64,000 nt of DNA from Octopus vulgaris (lineage: Eukaryota). Of this stretch, positions 26,611 through 41,801 are shown piece by piece. The notes under the pieces are model-generated. The model was not told the DNA's origin, made no database searches, and saw nothing but the letters and a program-made list of their open reading frames with translations. The first letter of the stretch is position 1; the number at the start of each line of letters is the position of its first letter. The stretch covers positions 20,150,001 through 20,214,000 of the forward strand of contig OX597819.1 of assembly GCA_951406725.2 (NCBI GenBank). Direction: 5' to 3'. The translations under genes and the position numbers were made by a program.

Positions 26611-28459
26611 ATATATATATATATACATAATGATATATATATACACTCGTTTGTGTGCAGCCGGGAATGTATATATGTAGTACTATGGCGCTTCTACGAT
26701 TCCATCAAGATACACTTATCACGACAATATAATATATATACCTACATACACGCACACACACACAACCATGGTGTGTGTGTATCTGCATAGGTGTGATGGA
26801 GTGTGTCTGTGTGTGCATGTGTTAAGTGTCTCACACGGTGCGGCTGACTTTGTTCAAATCGGTGTAAATAGGTGCGTAGTTTTAAGTGTAGCTATTTTTT
26901 CACACAACCAGGAATCTTCATATGCTTCCGAGCGTATGTCTGTGTGTATGTATATACATGTTGATATGTATTTTTGCATGTATGTATTTATGTATGTCTG
27001 TACGTGTGTGTATATTGGTGTTTAAGCGCGTGTATATTTACATGTGTGCGTAAACGTAAGATATTTTATCCGTCCAATGGAAGGGGATACATTTGCAACA
27101 CACTTGAGAATTTATCCTAGGTTGTATATGCATGTGTCTGATGGAAGAAGGTGTTGCATGTCTGTGTGACATTGTAGCATGTATGTATGTATATAAATGG
27201 ATAATAGTCAACTCATGTATGAGTGTATTTGTTATGGCAACAGTAACTGGGAGTATCTGTGCGGCTGTGTGTTCGCACGCTCTACTTTTATTTAAGTCTC
27301 AAGCAAGTTTCCAGATTTATTGTCGAACAACCGAAATATTTCAATTAAACTGTCAATCACAGAAGCAAAGTTTGTGGCTGCGCTGCTACTTGGAAAAGTC
27401 CATCTTCATTGAATCTCGTTGGCAACGAAATGTAGACTTGGCATCGCAGACACAGCAGTGGAATCCATGCATAGATTAAACCTAATCAACTATAATACAT
27501 TCCCTTTATATTCTTCAAAGAATATCTTCTGAATTAATTCTTTGAAAGTGGAGTAGATTTATTCGTGGTGCTAGCAGTATGTGTGTGTGTATGTGCGTGT
27601 ATTTGTGTGTGCATGTGTGTGTGTGTGTGTGCGCGTGCGTGTGTGTTTGTGTGTGTGTGTCCATGCATGTGGCAGGAGGAGAGTGGATAGGATGTCCTTT
27701 TTCTCTAAGGAAACTTAAATCCATTTATTCTTGAAGAAGTAGGAGCTGTTCCATTGCAACTGTGAGGAATATTCGGTAGAACAACAACAACAACAACAAC
27801 GACGACGACGACGGCGGCGGCAGCGATAACCAACAGAGGTGGCAGTAATAAGAAGAGCTTTACTGAATACGTAAACGAAAACTAAAGTACAAAACACGCA
27901 GATACACCATACACACAAATATATCTCTATATACTCACACCTATCTATATAAATCTATATATACTCACACCTACGTAAAAGACATACACACAAACGCATT
28001 ACATTTTTGCTTTCATCCTTCGCACTGCTGCCAAGCTGGGGCAACGGTTGCAGTTATTTCCGTCAATTTAATTGATTACATTCACCCTGCTGTAAACGTT
28101 TGGCACGTATCTGATCGGGAAGTATTTAGAAATTATATAAACCCTAGTGATTAGAAATACTCGTGGTTAACATAAGACAATTATTGTCTTATAACGTTTC
28201 ACGCACTGATTTACAGCCTGCCTCGGCCAACTGCGAATTATTCTTCTTTGCCTTCATGGTGGCTGTTTGATATTTACTACAGACAGATTTCCAACACATA
28301 CATACGCACAAGCATTAGAGACAACTACTTATACGCATGTTTTACACACATAAACACACACACACGTGTGTATACAATATATATATATGAATGTAAGATC
28401 TAAGGACTGAAGCGTGGGAAGAAGGTCAGCTTCAAGCAAACCATACAAAATATAAAAAC

Positions 28460-28860
28460 TTTCATGAATATTCGTGGTGTATTGAGGTGGAATATCGTAG
28501 ATTTCTTCTGCGTCGAAGTATGGTGAACAGAAAAAATTTTTTTATATTTAACGGTAGGCAACCAGGGCCGCTAAGGTATGCAAAAATAACAAATACAAGA
28601 TTTAAGTAATAGTGAAGACAATATACGGGATACAAATGGTAGCATACATCTCGCTTGGATATTTACCACTACCGGGGTTCCGCTCGGTATGAAACATATT
28701 ATCTACTCCATATATCAACGGTACAAATTGTGCATAGGGAAACGGGCGAGAATACTAAAGGACTCCATCGACCCAGGAGGGGACATTCTTAACTCCAAAA
28801 CGGAGATTGTCGGACCATGTTTACATTTCAGGAGATTGCTGCTAACGATCTGGAACCCAC
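28460..28860 (+). pseudogene. Penelope-like GIY-YIG C-terminal remnant
   Basis: YKLCIGKRARILK..DILNSKTEIVGPCLHFRRLLL resembles the PLE terminus C.LC..E..IL..LLN.RSEI...C.H..KFLL. Confidence 0.5.
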
Positions 28861-29722
28861 AAGATGGCGGTATAGCCGGAAGTCGATAACCGATGGCCAA
28901 GGGAGAAAATACCCGCTGTTACCTTTGAGTAATGAGGAATTTCCTCCTCCCTATTATTAAGTGGGCTTCGGTCAGCAGGCTTTGTGAAGATCATTCGAAG
29001 AATCTAAAATTAACAAAGGAACCAACAACTTAAAGATTGTAAAATATATTCTATACTGCATAAGTTATTGCTTAACCTCATTATAGCAACTGCTCGTAGC
29101 TCCGTTGTATGTCGTTGAAGACACCAGTTTTCGTTAGATGCCAAAAGGTGGCCTTCAAATTGACCGACCGCTGTTTTATCCAAACATGAGAAGAATATAT
29201 TTCTTAAGAACGGTTCTCTTTTCTTTAACCCAACATTTCCGGCCCTACTCTTAAGCGATTTTTCGACTATCCAACAGAGGCTCCAAGGTCAGTTTTAATC
29301 AATCGGGTTTCTTTGGGTTCATTAGAAAATTGACCCATAATTTTCATTGCTCATCGGAGTGACGCGTGGCAAAATTCCATCAACTTCACATCAAATGTTT
29401 CCCCACTGAATTATTTGGAAGAAATTTTGAGGAATTCAGTGGCTGACGACACGCAGAAGAAACGTTCTTGGTATTGAAAGAAGATTACGCTGTTCTGCGC
29501 GACATCTTCAGCAAAAGAAAGTCTCTCAAATTTACTTTCATTTCATCTTTCAGTTGACAATTTAAGCATGAGAAAGAAGGTAGGGTAACGTTATTACCAT
29601 AAAATTAATGGACCAATAACAGCGCATAAAATGACGTATTACATGAAATCGGTTAAAATTTTCTTCTGAAATATATATGAAATTTAAAAATAACGACTAC
29701 TGCGTGTATATATGTATATGTA

Positions 29723-29780
<58 letters not shown>

Positions 29781-29866
29781 TGTATATATGTATATATGTA
29801 TGTATATATATATATGTGTGTGTGTGTAAATATATATATATAAATATATGGATATATATATATATG

Positions 29867-29948
<82 letters not shown>

Positions 29949-30135
29949 TATACATATATATATACATGGCAATGCAACTGATAGAACATCTGCATAGGCT
30001 AACATATATATCTCTATACATGCACAAATATATGCATTTATATATATATATGTATATATTTATCTCTCTCTTTGTCTCCCCCTCTCTAAAAATCTATCTA
30101 TCTCTCTACACGCTCATATCTACACATACATACAT

Positions 30136-30211
<76 letters not shown>

Positions 30212-30578
30212 ATATATATATACAGAAACTGTGTACAAAGAATACAAAAATAATACATACATGCCAAAAAGAAAGTTATAGAAAAACAGTACGACCAAGT
30301 AAGAAGAACGAAGTTCAAATATACAAGTAAATGCCTCCTTATCACACATGCTTGAGTGGTTTTTCAGCTTGACTTCAATGAAGATCACCTGAAAGAAATA
30401 TATATCGTTGTCACGCCAACTTTCCCATGCATCATGCAGCCTTGCAGAGTGCTGCACAGTATGTGATCCTATTAATAAATAAAGCAACATCTCATTGATG
30501 TAATGTCCTCTACCACTGTTAGCGATAACAGCAGCGGATCTGTTTGTTGCTAATATTAGCCCCTAACTATCATTCACA

Positions 30579-30638
<60 letters not shown>

Positions 30639-30754
30639 ATCACACTCTGTCTTGGCCTTTTTATTGCATACACACACACACATATATATGTATATATACA
30701 TGTATACATAAGTATAGATACAACAATTTATGAGCATGAATATTAAATATATGC

Positions 30755-30802
<48 letters not shown>

Positions 30803-33590
30803 CATGTATACATACATATATATACATATACATATCTCTCTCTATATATATATAGATATACATATTACACATTTGTGTAAATATATATATGTATGTACAT
30901 ATATATGTGTATGTGTGTATTTATAAATGTATACAAGTATATATATATATATAAAATATATATATATATGTATATATACGTATACATATGCATGTGAATA
31001 AATAAATAAATAAATAAATAGATATGAGTGTGTTTATGTGGTGCATGTGTTTGTGTAGTGTGAGAGAGAAACAGAGAGCCTTCCGTAAGTGTGTGTTCAA
31101 ATGGACTGGAGCGTGTAGTATGGCTGTCGAATCTAGTGATAAAAGTAACTTAACACAAGGAGTATATCTGTAATATATTCTGATGATTTACTCTGTCGCT
31201 ACTCGGAGGCTACTGAGAAATTGTGCAGTTGAGTGTATCTTTTACGGAAAATTTGCCTTTTGAGCTGTAAATTCAAAGTAGTACATGTGTAATATTTATA
31301 CTTTGTAGGGGAGGGCTATCTGCCGTAATAAGAAGACAAATTAATCACCATATTTTGCGTTTCGCAGCACAGTTTCGAAATCTCCTTTACTATTTTCAAC
31401 CATTCTTAAATTTTCCTTGAACACCACTTAACCATTTAGGCTTGCATTTAGATATTCATCGAAATAAAAAATGGCATAGTTAGGTCGAGTAGCGCGTTAC
31501 TAAGTGATTGTATGTAAAATTTACGAAGACAAAGATTTCCAATTTAACCGTTACCCTATAATATTAATTCATCAGAACTTTTTGTAATTGTAAGTTAGTC
31601 TGGGCCTTAGCCATTTTTCAATATATTTCTTCTCCATAACCTGAAAACTATTGAACTCTTCATAAGAAATTGTCCATCGAACTCCATATTCTATTATGCA
31701 ATCTAAAATGAAATCTAACTCATTTCTAATGTTTTATATCTATACTATAAATGTCGACCACCTAAATGCCATCATCCAATCTAATTTTTATAGTAGTATA
31801 GTTTTAATGATCATGTATTCCTATATATACAATTTGTTTTCCCTATTATATTTCATTCTTGTGTGCAAGAACCGGGTGTATTTGATCATTAAGTCAGTCT
31901 TATTCCGTTGGCTGAATTATTCCAGGCTGGAGATTCCTGAATTTCCTTATATATTTTGAGATAAGTGTAGAATCTCTGAAAAAGCAACTCTATATAGATG
32001 TCAGCGAGAAAGGATTTGAATATAGACGTGTTCTGGTCCTTGTATAATGGCTTCTTTTCTATTGTTGTGGACAGAATATATTTCCGTTCTATATGGGTGG
32101 ACAATGTAGCATTCTAGCTCAGCATGAAATAGGAAATATATCACAGTGTTGTTGTTATTGTTAAGCCTGATCATGTAGACTTCTCCAGGTATACAGTTTC
32201 CCAATATGTATTTCCCCAAAGGTTTTGGTTCGATGTAGATCTGGCTTTAATTAATAGCTTTTAAATCGCTAATATAGAGGCTTCTTTCTTGCTTCGGTTT
32301 AAAAAAAAGGTTTTAATACTGTGTAAATGTTCACAGCATATTGATGACCCGATCATAGAAAAGCAGAAACCGTTTGTTTCAGAATATGCCCTATAATGCA
32401 TTGCGTTATCTATATTGTGCTGATATTCCCGAAGCAATAAATGTCTACAACATACATGCGTTCATTTTAAGGTCTATACATCTTATGCTAAGTAACATAT
32501 CATGTCAGCGTAAAATAAAAGAAGATTATATGATGTTGTTACTGTGTTCATTGATGATGTGGCTTATGTTGCTGTTGATGTCCTTGGGGATATGGTTGTA
32601 GCCATTACTAACGACGTAGCGTTTGGAGGTGATTCGATGCTGTTGTTTTTGTTGCTGTTATTTTTCATAAAGTTATTTGTTGTTTTCGTAGTTGTTGTTA
32701 TTGATGTGTTTGTTGCTTTTGCAGTTGCTCAATGCGTGGATATTGATGTGGTTGTTGATGTTCAAAAGTCATCTTTACGTACCAGAAATAATACCACTTA
32801 TTTCACTTATGCTTCCTTCTTCCTGTACATGTTACGCCACGTTGTTTCTTCAAGGTCCCTTCTACCATAATATTTCATACTACACTGTCAGTTCAATATC
32901 ACTTGTAGTCCATGAATTACTGTATAACACACAATCTGCCTTACATATATTAAGCATTTTCCTATTCAGAAATATATTACTATTTGCAGATTTTGCCTCT
33001 TTTTTTCCCCCAGTATCTTATTTTTATATGTCTTAAAATTCTCCGTTGATTAATCTCGTGTCAATGGAGATTTCTAATGAAACCGACGTGCACCACTTGC
33101 TCCATAGTTAATTTTCATTTCATTCTCGTATGAGAATGGATTCTATAAAAATATTTTGGTTACTCCATTAAGTTGTTATTTAACAAAGAATACGCGTAAT
33201 TTATTTTTTCTAAATTTAGGTTTCCAACCGACTTTTCTTCCATTGACAAAAAAAAATATCATTAGTTTAAAGCTGGTTTGAAATTTTCTTCAATTTTGTT
33301 TTTTCAATATCAACTCATATTTTCAGGTAATTTCAAATGTCCAAAACAGCGTCTGTTACTAAATAAATGAAACTGTGACACAGGCATTGATAGTTCGATA
33401 ACGTTTTCTTGGAATTTGCTAATTTTATTTTCTGCACAAATTCACCCGTGATTAATCATTTTCCGAGATGGAACCACGGACAAAATATGCAACTCGCGAG
33501 AGTAAAGGAATATATGAATAATTCAACAGTATAATCAAAAATCCCATTATTTACATTTGACGTATACTTGTCCGCATCATGTTTGTTGTT

Positions 33591-33636
33591 AATACAGCGT
33601 TTCGGCTGATATATCCTCCAGCCTTCATCAGGTGTT
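33591..33636 (-). ncRNA. Minimal hammerhead motif (slightly decayed)
   Basis: aacac-CTGATGA-a-ggctg..cagcc-GAAAC-gct-gtatt. Confidence 0.55.
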
Positions 33637-33782
33637 TTGAGGAAATTTCAAACCTGGGTTCTCATTCCTAAGGTATTTTTCGACGTTATTATTATTATAT
33701 TTATATTATTCAGGTCAATGCCAGGAATCGAACTCGGAATCTTGACCGCTACGACATATGCCCGGGTTAGAAATTTCCCCAA

Positions 33783-33828
33783 GACACCTGATGAAGGCTT
33801 GAGGGTAGATCAGCCGAAACGTTGTATT
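33783..33828 (+). ncRNA. Minimal hammerhead motif
   Basis: gacac-CTGATGA-a-ggct..agcc-GAAAC-GTT-gtatt; stem III is reduced to the palindrome AACGTT. Confidence 0.65.
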
Positions 33829-34460
33829 AACATTAAAGAAGATGAGGACAAATATCCGTCAAATGTAAATAATATAAATAATGTACATAATTCCTCATAT
33901 CTTAAATATAGAACTGTAACATCATAAATGAATCATTACAGTTTCGATTATTTATTTATATAACTTTCGCCAATCACATATATACTGTTATACTGGTTAA
34001 CTAATTTCATTATAAGTATAGAATCTCCAAGGAATCTTCAAAGGACAAAGCCGGTATCTATCACTGAGAAGATAAAATTAATCCAAGAAGTAGGTAGCTT
34101 CAAAGTTCAACATTCTTTTCAAGCAAGAATAGAGAGAGAAATGATAATGGGTCACATTGATCGTTTGAAATACATATTAATACCCCTTACTTTGCCAATC
34201 GAATTCACAAAGTATCAACGTCTAGTGAAGCAAACGTGAGCAATACTTTCGGGATTCGATCCTTGTCATGGTGCTATCATATATGTTTCTACCTCGCCAA
34301 ACATTTTTTTCTGTAGTTTCAGATCAGAGCTGCGGCCATGCAGATACACCGCCATTTAGCTATTACTGAGAGCCTCCTCCAATACGTAGCACTCGTTGAA
34401 GAATGGAATTTCATGTAGCTTTCCTCAATTGCACATCTTACCGTGAGGTAGGTTTATCTG

Positions 34461-34651
34461 AAGCTTTTGGCGATCACCATGCAATGACTAATAAAAATAG
34501 TCTAATAAAAGGGCATATAAGCCCTCGACAGAAAAAAAAAACGTTTTCGCATTCGCGTGGATGAGGAAGCCTTCTTTTCTCTGTCGTGGGCTTATATGAC
34601 CATTTATTAGACTATTTCTTTTAGTCATTGAACGGTGATCGCCATAAGCTT
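34461..34651. repeat. Imperfect fold-back (about 75-bp arms, about 40-nt spacer)
   Basis: ggcgatcacc..aatagtctaataaaa..catataagccc.cgacaga mirrored at 34575-34651. Confidence 0.8.
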
Positions 34652-34758
34652 TAAGCTTATAAACATACCATCATTATTATTTACAGGATTGTAAAAACTG
34701 CGCCGTATAAAAAACCATTCGCATCGAAGGTGTATATATATATACGTGTGTGTGTCTG

Positions 34759-34844
<86 letters not shown>

Positions 34845-35330
34845 CATATATATATATATATACATATATGTATATGTATGTTCGTTTTAACCTCATAAAA
34901 CAGCAAAAGAATTAGAGCAAACTCATGTAACATGTGGGCAGAATATATTGTGTGTATACGGATATATAAACACATGTATGTATGTACGTATATATATATA
35001 TATATATATAACTGCGTATATATGTGATGTGTCTATATACATTTGAGCACACACAAACATACAGACGGAAGTCATTATTGTTGTCAGTAATTCCATTTAT
35101 TTATATCATCAATCATCGTAAATTTAATCACAATAAATATAAATGTGGTTTTCGTCCCTCGAGTACTTTATCTTTTTTCTACTCTACGACGTTTGTTTAT
35201 TTGTTTATTCATTTGTTTCCATTTTTATTTGTTTCTTGCTTCTTTTTTTTGCCATTCATCAAACGCTTGTAAGAAGAACTTCTCTATTCATACATATTCA
35301 TTCACTACGATATATATATGCATACGTATA

Positions 35331-35399
<69 letters not shown>

Positions 35400-35450
35400 A
35401 TGTATGTATATATATATATATTTGTATATATATATGTATGTATATATATG

Positions 35451-35489
<39 letters not shown>

Positions 35490-36508
35490 ATTTACTCTAT
35501 TTACGTACCTCATGAAACTTATTGGAACAAACTGACCGAATATTGAATCATCACTTTCCCAACGGAGTCAAATCTTGTTTACATTGATACTTCATTGTCA
35601 AAATGTTTCACAAAATTATCTTAATTTAAGAGATTTCTTGTGACATATAACGGCGAGTGTTATGGCGGAGCTTTTGCATGGCCCTTGTAAGCCGTTTCTC
35701 ATTCGTGATATTCAAAGAGTTCATTTGATGTCGAGCTTAAATGACAGACGTTTGATATTTAAAGAAACAATGTGAACAGATCGCGATTCCATTCGTATGA
35801 TGTTGTCTACCTATTGTTCTTTGCATTGTATTTTTTCTGTCTTTTAACAGGGCATAAGGACAGAACGACGATGAACAGCGTTTCATAGGTGGCAATATAC
35901 TAGTTTTACTTTAAATTACCCTTGATCATTTTATAATAGACTAGAGATTTCGCATCAAACATTCATAAGTGATACGAAAAAAAGGAACTTAATGGGCTGT
36001 AGGCAGGGAGTAGGCCATTCTGTTTTGCAGAAATACGATTAATTATGATAAATGCATAATGAGTAAGAGATATCAATGTACGAGTGTAATACTCGGAATG
36101 AGATGTCTGCCTGCTGAACATATCTGTCTAAGTCGCAAATACTTGTAGTATTTGATTAAAATTTTAAACTTCCGTTTAAAAGAAACAGCAAATGATCAAA
36201 AGCTCAGCAATTCAATTCCGCTATTTTGATTAGAAATAATATAAGTAGGGCAGAGTTACCCGAAATGTATCCGTCGTTTGTGTTTTCTTCTTATGTGTGT
36301 GAATATTAGGTTGTAAATGGATATCATACCGAGGAGCAGTTTTACCGTTGCTTCTATCGATGTTTAGTATCTTCGTAATACATGAGTGTGGGAGATCATG
36401 CGCAAAAATTCCCGACTTTAGTGATGCAGTTTTCATCATGAATATTGTGAACAAAACATGCTCGAAAGCTTGTATATGTATATACCACAATACCTATACA
36501 TATCAGGT

Positions 36509-36608
<100 letters not shown>

Positions 36609-36610
36609 CA

Positions 36611-36697
<87 letters not shown>

Positions 36698-37479
36698 TTA
36701 TATATATAGATAAATATATATATATATATATACATGTATATATATATACATGTATATATATATACATGTATATATATACATATATATATATATACATGTA
36801 TATATATATACATGTATATATATATACATGTATATATATATATGCATATATATATATATCGACAGAGAGAGAGAGAGAAAGTACATATACATATATATAC
36901 ATATCATTGCTTTTGTATGTATGTCTATGAATATGTATATATAAAACATCCGTGTGTGTGTGTTTGTGTGTGTTTAGTGTTTGTATTTGCATATGTACCC
37001 ATGTGTGCGTCCTTTTCTGTGTATTCGAGCATGCAATTGTGTCGACACATGAGTTTATAAGCTTTGCTAGATATATAGCAGAAAATTCTTTCCTCTCGTT
37101 TACCAGGTCAAAAGGATAAATTTTCCACTCGACAGTTCTTAAAGAATAACTGATTATGGCACCTTCCCTGTCAATGGAATTCCTCAGATACTTTCCTATA
37201 ATACGTGACTCACTAGAATCTATGAACGCGTATAGACAACCTGTGTTCTTAGTTGCTTGGCGAAGAAACACACTAGACTGTACAATGGGAATATATGCAG
37301 GCCACGATGCTAAAAGACGTACTGTATCTACTGAGGAATCAGTACATGGGTGTATATATGTATATATATGTCTGTTTACACATACACGCACACACGCATA
37401 TATATATAAATAATATATATATATATATATACATACATACATTTATATGTATATATAGATAGCTAGGCTAAATGAATAT

Positions 37480-37529
37480 ATAATAATAATACTACTAATA
37501 ATAATAATAATTATTATTATTATAACAAT

Positions 37530-37573
<44 letters not shown>

Positions 37574-37610
37574 TAATAATAATGACGACGACAATGATGA
37601 TGATGTTGAT
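37480..37610. repeat. (TAA)n grading into (TGA)n microsatellite
   Basis: Directly visible. Confidence 0.9.
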
Positions 37611-37827
37611 GGTTGGACACAACGATACAGATCGAGGAACTATTGGTGGTAAATGACGATGAGAAATGTTGTAATGCCAAGGTTAAAGTGACTGTAACGG
37701 TATTAATGGGGGAGTCGACAATAGTGGCAGAGACAACAACCGTCTCTACACCTGCTACAATGCAGGTCTCAACACTATTAATTGTAATGTTGCACAAATA
37801 TTTCTTAGGAAGCAAAGAAAGAAACTA

Positions 37828-38134
37828 TATTAGGTTGGCAACTGAGTTTCGACGGTTTTTTTAATTTAAATTTTTGAAAATGTTTAATAAGAAATAACAA
37901 ATAATTGTTCAATAATGTATTCACACTTGTTGTTTACAACTGTTTCCTAACGTTCAACAAGATGTCCAATGCCTCGTTGGTACAACAATTAACAAAATTA
38001 ACTAGAAAAAACAAGATAGATTCAAAAATGATTCAAAAATAGAATTCTCGAGAAAAATAGATTCCAAAATTTAAAAACGCTATAAATTCTAAAATTTAAA
38101 AAACCACGGCGGGAACTTATTTGCCAATCCAATA
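37828..38134 (-). mobile_element. Internally deleted mariner (MITE-like)
   Basis: Diverged TIRs tattaggttggcaactgagttt and aacttatttgccaatccaata. Minus strand encodes the mariner C-terminus YQRGIGHLVER*ETVVNNKCEYII. Confidence 0.7.
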
Positions 38135-38149
38135 CTCGAAATCGCTTGT

Positions 38150-40410
38150 CCTAATGGTTAATCTGGAAGCGCATCCCCCAGGAGAGAGCCAGCCTGGGTT
38201 CGAAATGTCATCCACTGGCACAAACTCTTCTCTGAATACGAACCTGGACGGTGACTTGAATGGGAACTGCTCCAGTTTGAGACCTCAAAGTCCACAACCA
38301 CATCCACCACAGAAAGACAAATATAAGAGGATCAAATGGACCCGAGAACATACAGAAATAATATACGCCTATTACTATGCATTAGGCAGACCATCTGAAG
38401 AGAAGCACACTGCACACTCTTATCAAATATGGAGAACACGAAATTAAGACAGAAGACTATATTTGGAAAAAAGACTATATTTGGAAAATTTCTATATTAG
38501 GAAAAAAAAAAGTTAGCAAATGTTAGGAGGGATATCTTCAAAATTTAATGACTCAAAGATAGTGAAATATCTGCGATCAAGCACGCAGCGGAAAGTGACC
38601 GAAATATAACACAACAAGGAAATGAAGAATCATATGAGGAGAGAAACTCTTCATGAGTCTATTGGAAGCCTGCCTTCCGACCAGAACTCGCAACCGTCTG
38701 GAGAAATGAAATAAATTGTACTGACAATGATAAAGATAGTAAAGAATGTGGTAATATTTGAAGACTACATATTTACTGAAGAACGCAAAGAGCATATGAT
38801 AGAACTGAAACAGAAAATCCTGAATAAAATTGCGGTTGTAAGACACCAATATGCATGATAAAGAACCACTTTATAAGCTCTCAAATGCAATCCAAAATAG
38901 AAAAACATATTAAAACTGGAAACAATGCAACAAAGGCAATTATACAAGAACTAAGATTAAATCTCACTGAATTAAATGAAAATATTTATGCAGCTGCGAA
39001 GACAATTGAAACGAGTTGTATGCCTCCGAAAATGCGAAGAAATACAAACCTGAGAAGAATGCCAAACTTGAAAAATAAAATTAAAAAAGGGGTTGAAATA
39101 ATGAGATGTGAAATATCAATATTGAATGAATTAATCTTTGGAAACGATGTAAAAAACCAGAAAAAGAAGATAAAGTGAAAACATAGATTCTCACCAAGAG
39201 AAGAACTGGATTCGGCAAAAGAACACTGCAAGAAAATGTTCAAGCAAAACCTCAAAGAATACGAAGATTTGAAGAGAATGAAATTTTAGAAGCAAAATAT
39301 GCTGTTCACATCCAATGTGAAAACATTCTACGTTGAAATGGGGAAGGAGAGAATAAGCGTTGACGACCACCCTGCCGCTGAAGAAGGTGAAAACTTCTGG
39401 AAAAATATCTGAAGTGATGAAAAAAACTGACAATGAAAATGTTAAGTGGATTAGATCAGCGCAAGTACGGGAAGACACCACAATAGAAGATATAAGGATG
39501 ACGCTGTTGATGGCTCATAAGTGGAAATCTCCTGGTGCCGAATTTCTGGCTCGCTTCCGTCCCGTGCACCCACGAAATATTAGTCCAGATTTTCAATGAG
39601 ATTATGAGAGATCCTACGAGAACACCTGATTTGTTAGCAAGAAGTCTTACCTACTCCCAAAGATTAATGAAACCGAATTTCCACAAACTTCCCAGTGGAG
39701 AAAACATTCAAATTTATGGAATAGAACGGTATTTTCCACACTGAACAAACAGGCTGCCAACGAGGCTCTTATGGATGCTATGATCCTTGAGAATTGTATA
39801 ACAAACGCAGTGGAGGCGCAATGGCCCAGTGGTTAGGGCAGCGGACTCGCGGTCATAGGATCGCCTTTTCGATTCCCAGACCGGGCGTTGTGAGTGTTTA
39901 TTGAGCGAAAACACCTAAAAGCTCCACGAGGCTCCGGCAGGGGATGGTGGTGATCCCTGCTGTACTCTTTCACCATAACTTACTCTCACTCTTACTTCCT
40001 GTTTCTGTTGTACCTGTATTTCAAAGGGCCGGCCTTGTCACTCTCTGTGTCACGCTGAATATCCCCGAGAACTACGTTAAGGGTACACGTGTCTGTGGAG
40101 TTCTCAGCCACTTACACGTTAATTTCACAAGCAGGCTGTTCCGTTGATTCGGATCGACCGGAACCCTCATCGTCGTAACCGACGGAGTGCTTACATCCAT
40201 AACAAACGCAGAAATATCACTTCTGCATGCTTTGATTATTAAAAGTCCTTCGAGAGCATACCAAATTCCTGGATTTTGAAATCGCTGCCTATCTTAAAAA
40301 TTTCTCCTGTTATTTCAAACGTTCTGAAACACGTCCTGTGTGAAATAAGAATCTCCTGTTATACCACTCCAATGGAGTACCGGCCACAATAAATATTACT
40401 ATCAGTTGTG
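38150..40410 (+). pseudogene. R4/Dong-like non-LTR retrotransposon ORF remnant (N-terminus to early RT)
   Basis: KRIKWTREHTEIIYAYYY, QAKPQRIRRFE, KQNMLFTSNVKTFY, HKWKSPG, EQTGCQRGSYGC and FDY*KSFESIPNSWILKSL; many stops; interrupted by a SINE. Confidence 0.75.
39811..40198 (+). mobile_element. Full-length tRNA-derived SINE, family B, with 13-bp TSD
   Basis: Head ggaggcgcaatggcccagtggttagggcagcggactcgc..ttcgattccc; ataacaaacgcag duplicated at 39798-39810 and 40199-40211. Confidence 0.92.
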
Positions 40411-41582
40411 TTGGGTCTTGACACAGTCATAAAAGAAGGGAATAAATGTGAAATTGAAAATGTATTTCCCCCATACACTGACAGAAGGAAAGAAAAATGC
40501 ATACATACGAACATGTATACATACATTCATCCATTCATAAAACTATGCATATATTGAGCCTTACGTATGTGCAAATTTGACTTTAATTTTTAATTCACAT
40601 ACGTTGATGCAGCTCAGTGAACCAGGAAATATGAAAATGTATCTGATTATTTTTAGCAATTATTTCATTGATTTTCATAATTTTGCACGTGAGAAGTTAA
40701 TCGAGAAGTGGTATCGCGTATATAATACTACGATACGAAATTCATAGTTCTTTCCACGTTTTGATTTACCTTTGTGTGTCCTGTTGATTAAGATAAAATT
40801 AGTTCTCATCCTGTAGCCAAGACAAATCTGCAGCTGAATAGCACATAGATTTCTATTGAGGCAGAATTCTCCGAAAATTTCTTGACGCTCTTTGCTGGTA
40901 TTACATTTAAGAGTTCGAGCTGTAACCGTGCCAAATTTTATGCTATATTTTTGCGGTTATTGTTCCCACCGTTCAGACCCGACATCGGAATGGATGTGTG
41001 CAAGAATTTCGGAATACCAGATTGAGCGCGACCAAAAGGCTCATTCTAGTATCTTCGTAGTTACCTGCGAGTTTTATATAGTTTACTCCGTGGCTACACT
41101 TCTTTATTTCCTAAGCGTATACACACATGCATATGATATGCCTGTATGTTCCTATGTATATATACATCTTAAATATAAAAGGCAATTTCCGTTTGTCGAT
41201 CTGTCTATTACCGTTTTGCTGCCTACTTCAGTGAACTAATCTTGATGACATTTCGTATACATGTTAAATTAATATCCAGTTCAATTATAAGCTAATTACA
41301 GTTAAATAAATCTCTGTAAAGGACGCCTTAGTGAAGTTGGGCTGTTATTTGATAAAAAAAGAAAAGTGTAAGAGAAGTAGTGTGAGAGGAATGTCGTGGC
41401 ATAGTGAGTGTGAATGATATCAGGGTAGGGGAGAACAACACTGTGTAAGCGAGAGATATGCAGTTGCAGTGGGACGTAACGTTAATACAGCTGTATTTTA
41501 AGGATATACACGCGAAACTGCATACATACTTTCGTAAATACATAGATACACGCGTACACAGACACACACTGCACACACACAC

Positions 41583-41620
<38 letters not shown>

Positions 41621-41767
41621 TACATAGATATATATATACATACATGCGTACATATGTCTACTATACATCCTTTTGAAATTCTGATTAACTGTGTGTACGT
41701 TTGTAAATGCTTGTGTGTTTCAGTGTGTGGGTGAGTGTGTGTGCGTATATATACATATATATATATA

Positions 41768-41801
<34 letters not shown>

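Larger units (their letters stand above)
33546..33873 (-). mobile_element. tRNA-headed SINE-like element with HHR tail and an inverted copy of the tail
   Basis: Minus strand: ggcatatgtcgtagcggtcaag-attccGAGTTCGATTCCtgg (A/B boxes), then a TAA-rich linker and an HHR. Arms 33546-33658 and 33761-33873 are inverted. Confidence 0.75.

Noticed and set aside
29436-29470. ctgacga..gaaacgtt hammerhead-like boxes
   Set aside because: No stem II and a poor stem I.
35830-35895. Possible small host exon after a polypyrimidine tract and AG
   Set aside because: Weak donor site, no coding signal and no partner exons; needs RNA-seq.
39811-39885. Functional tRNA gene
   Set aside because: It is the head of a SINE, followed by a SINE body and flanked by a TSD.
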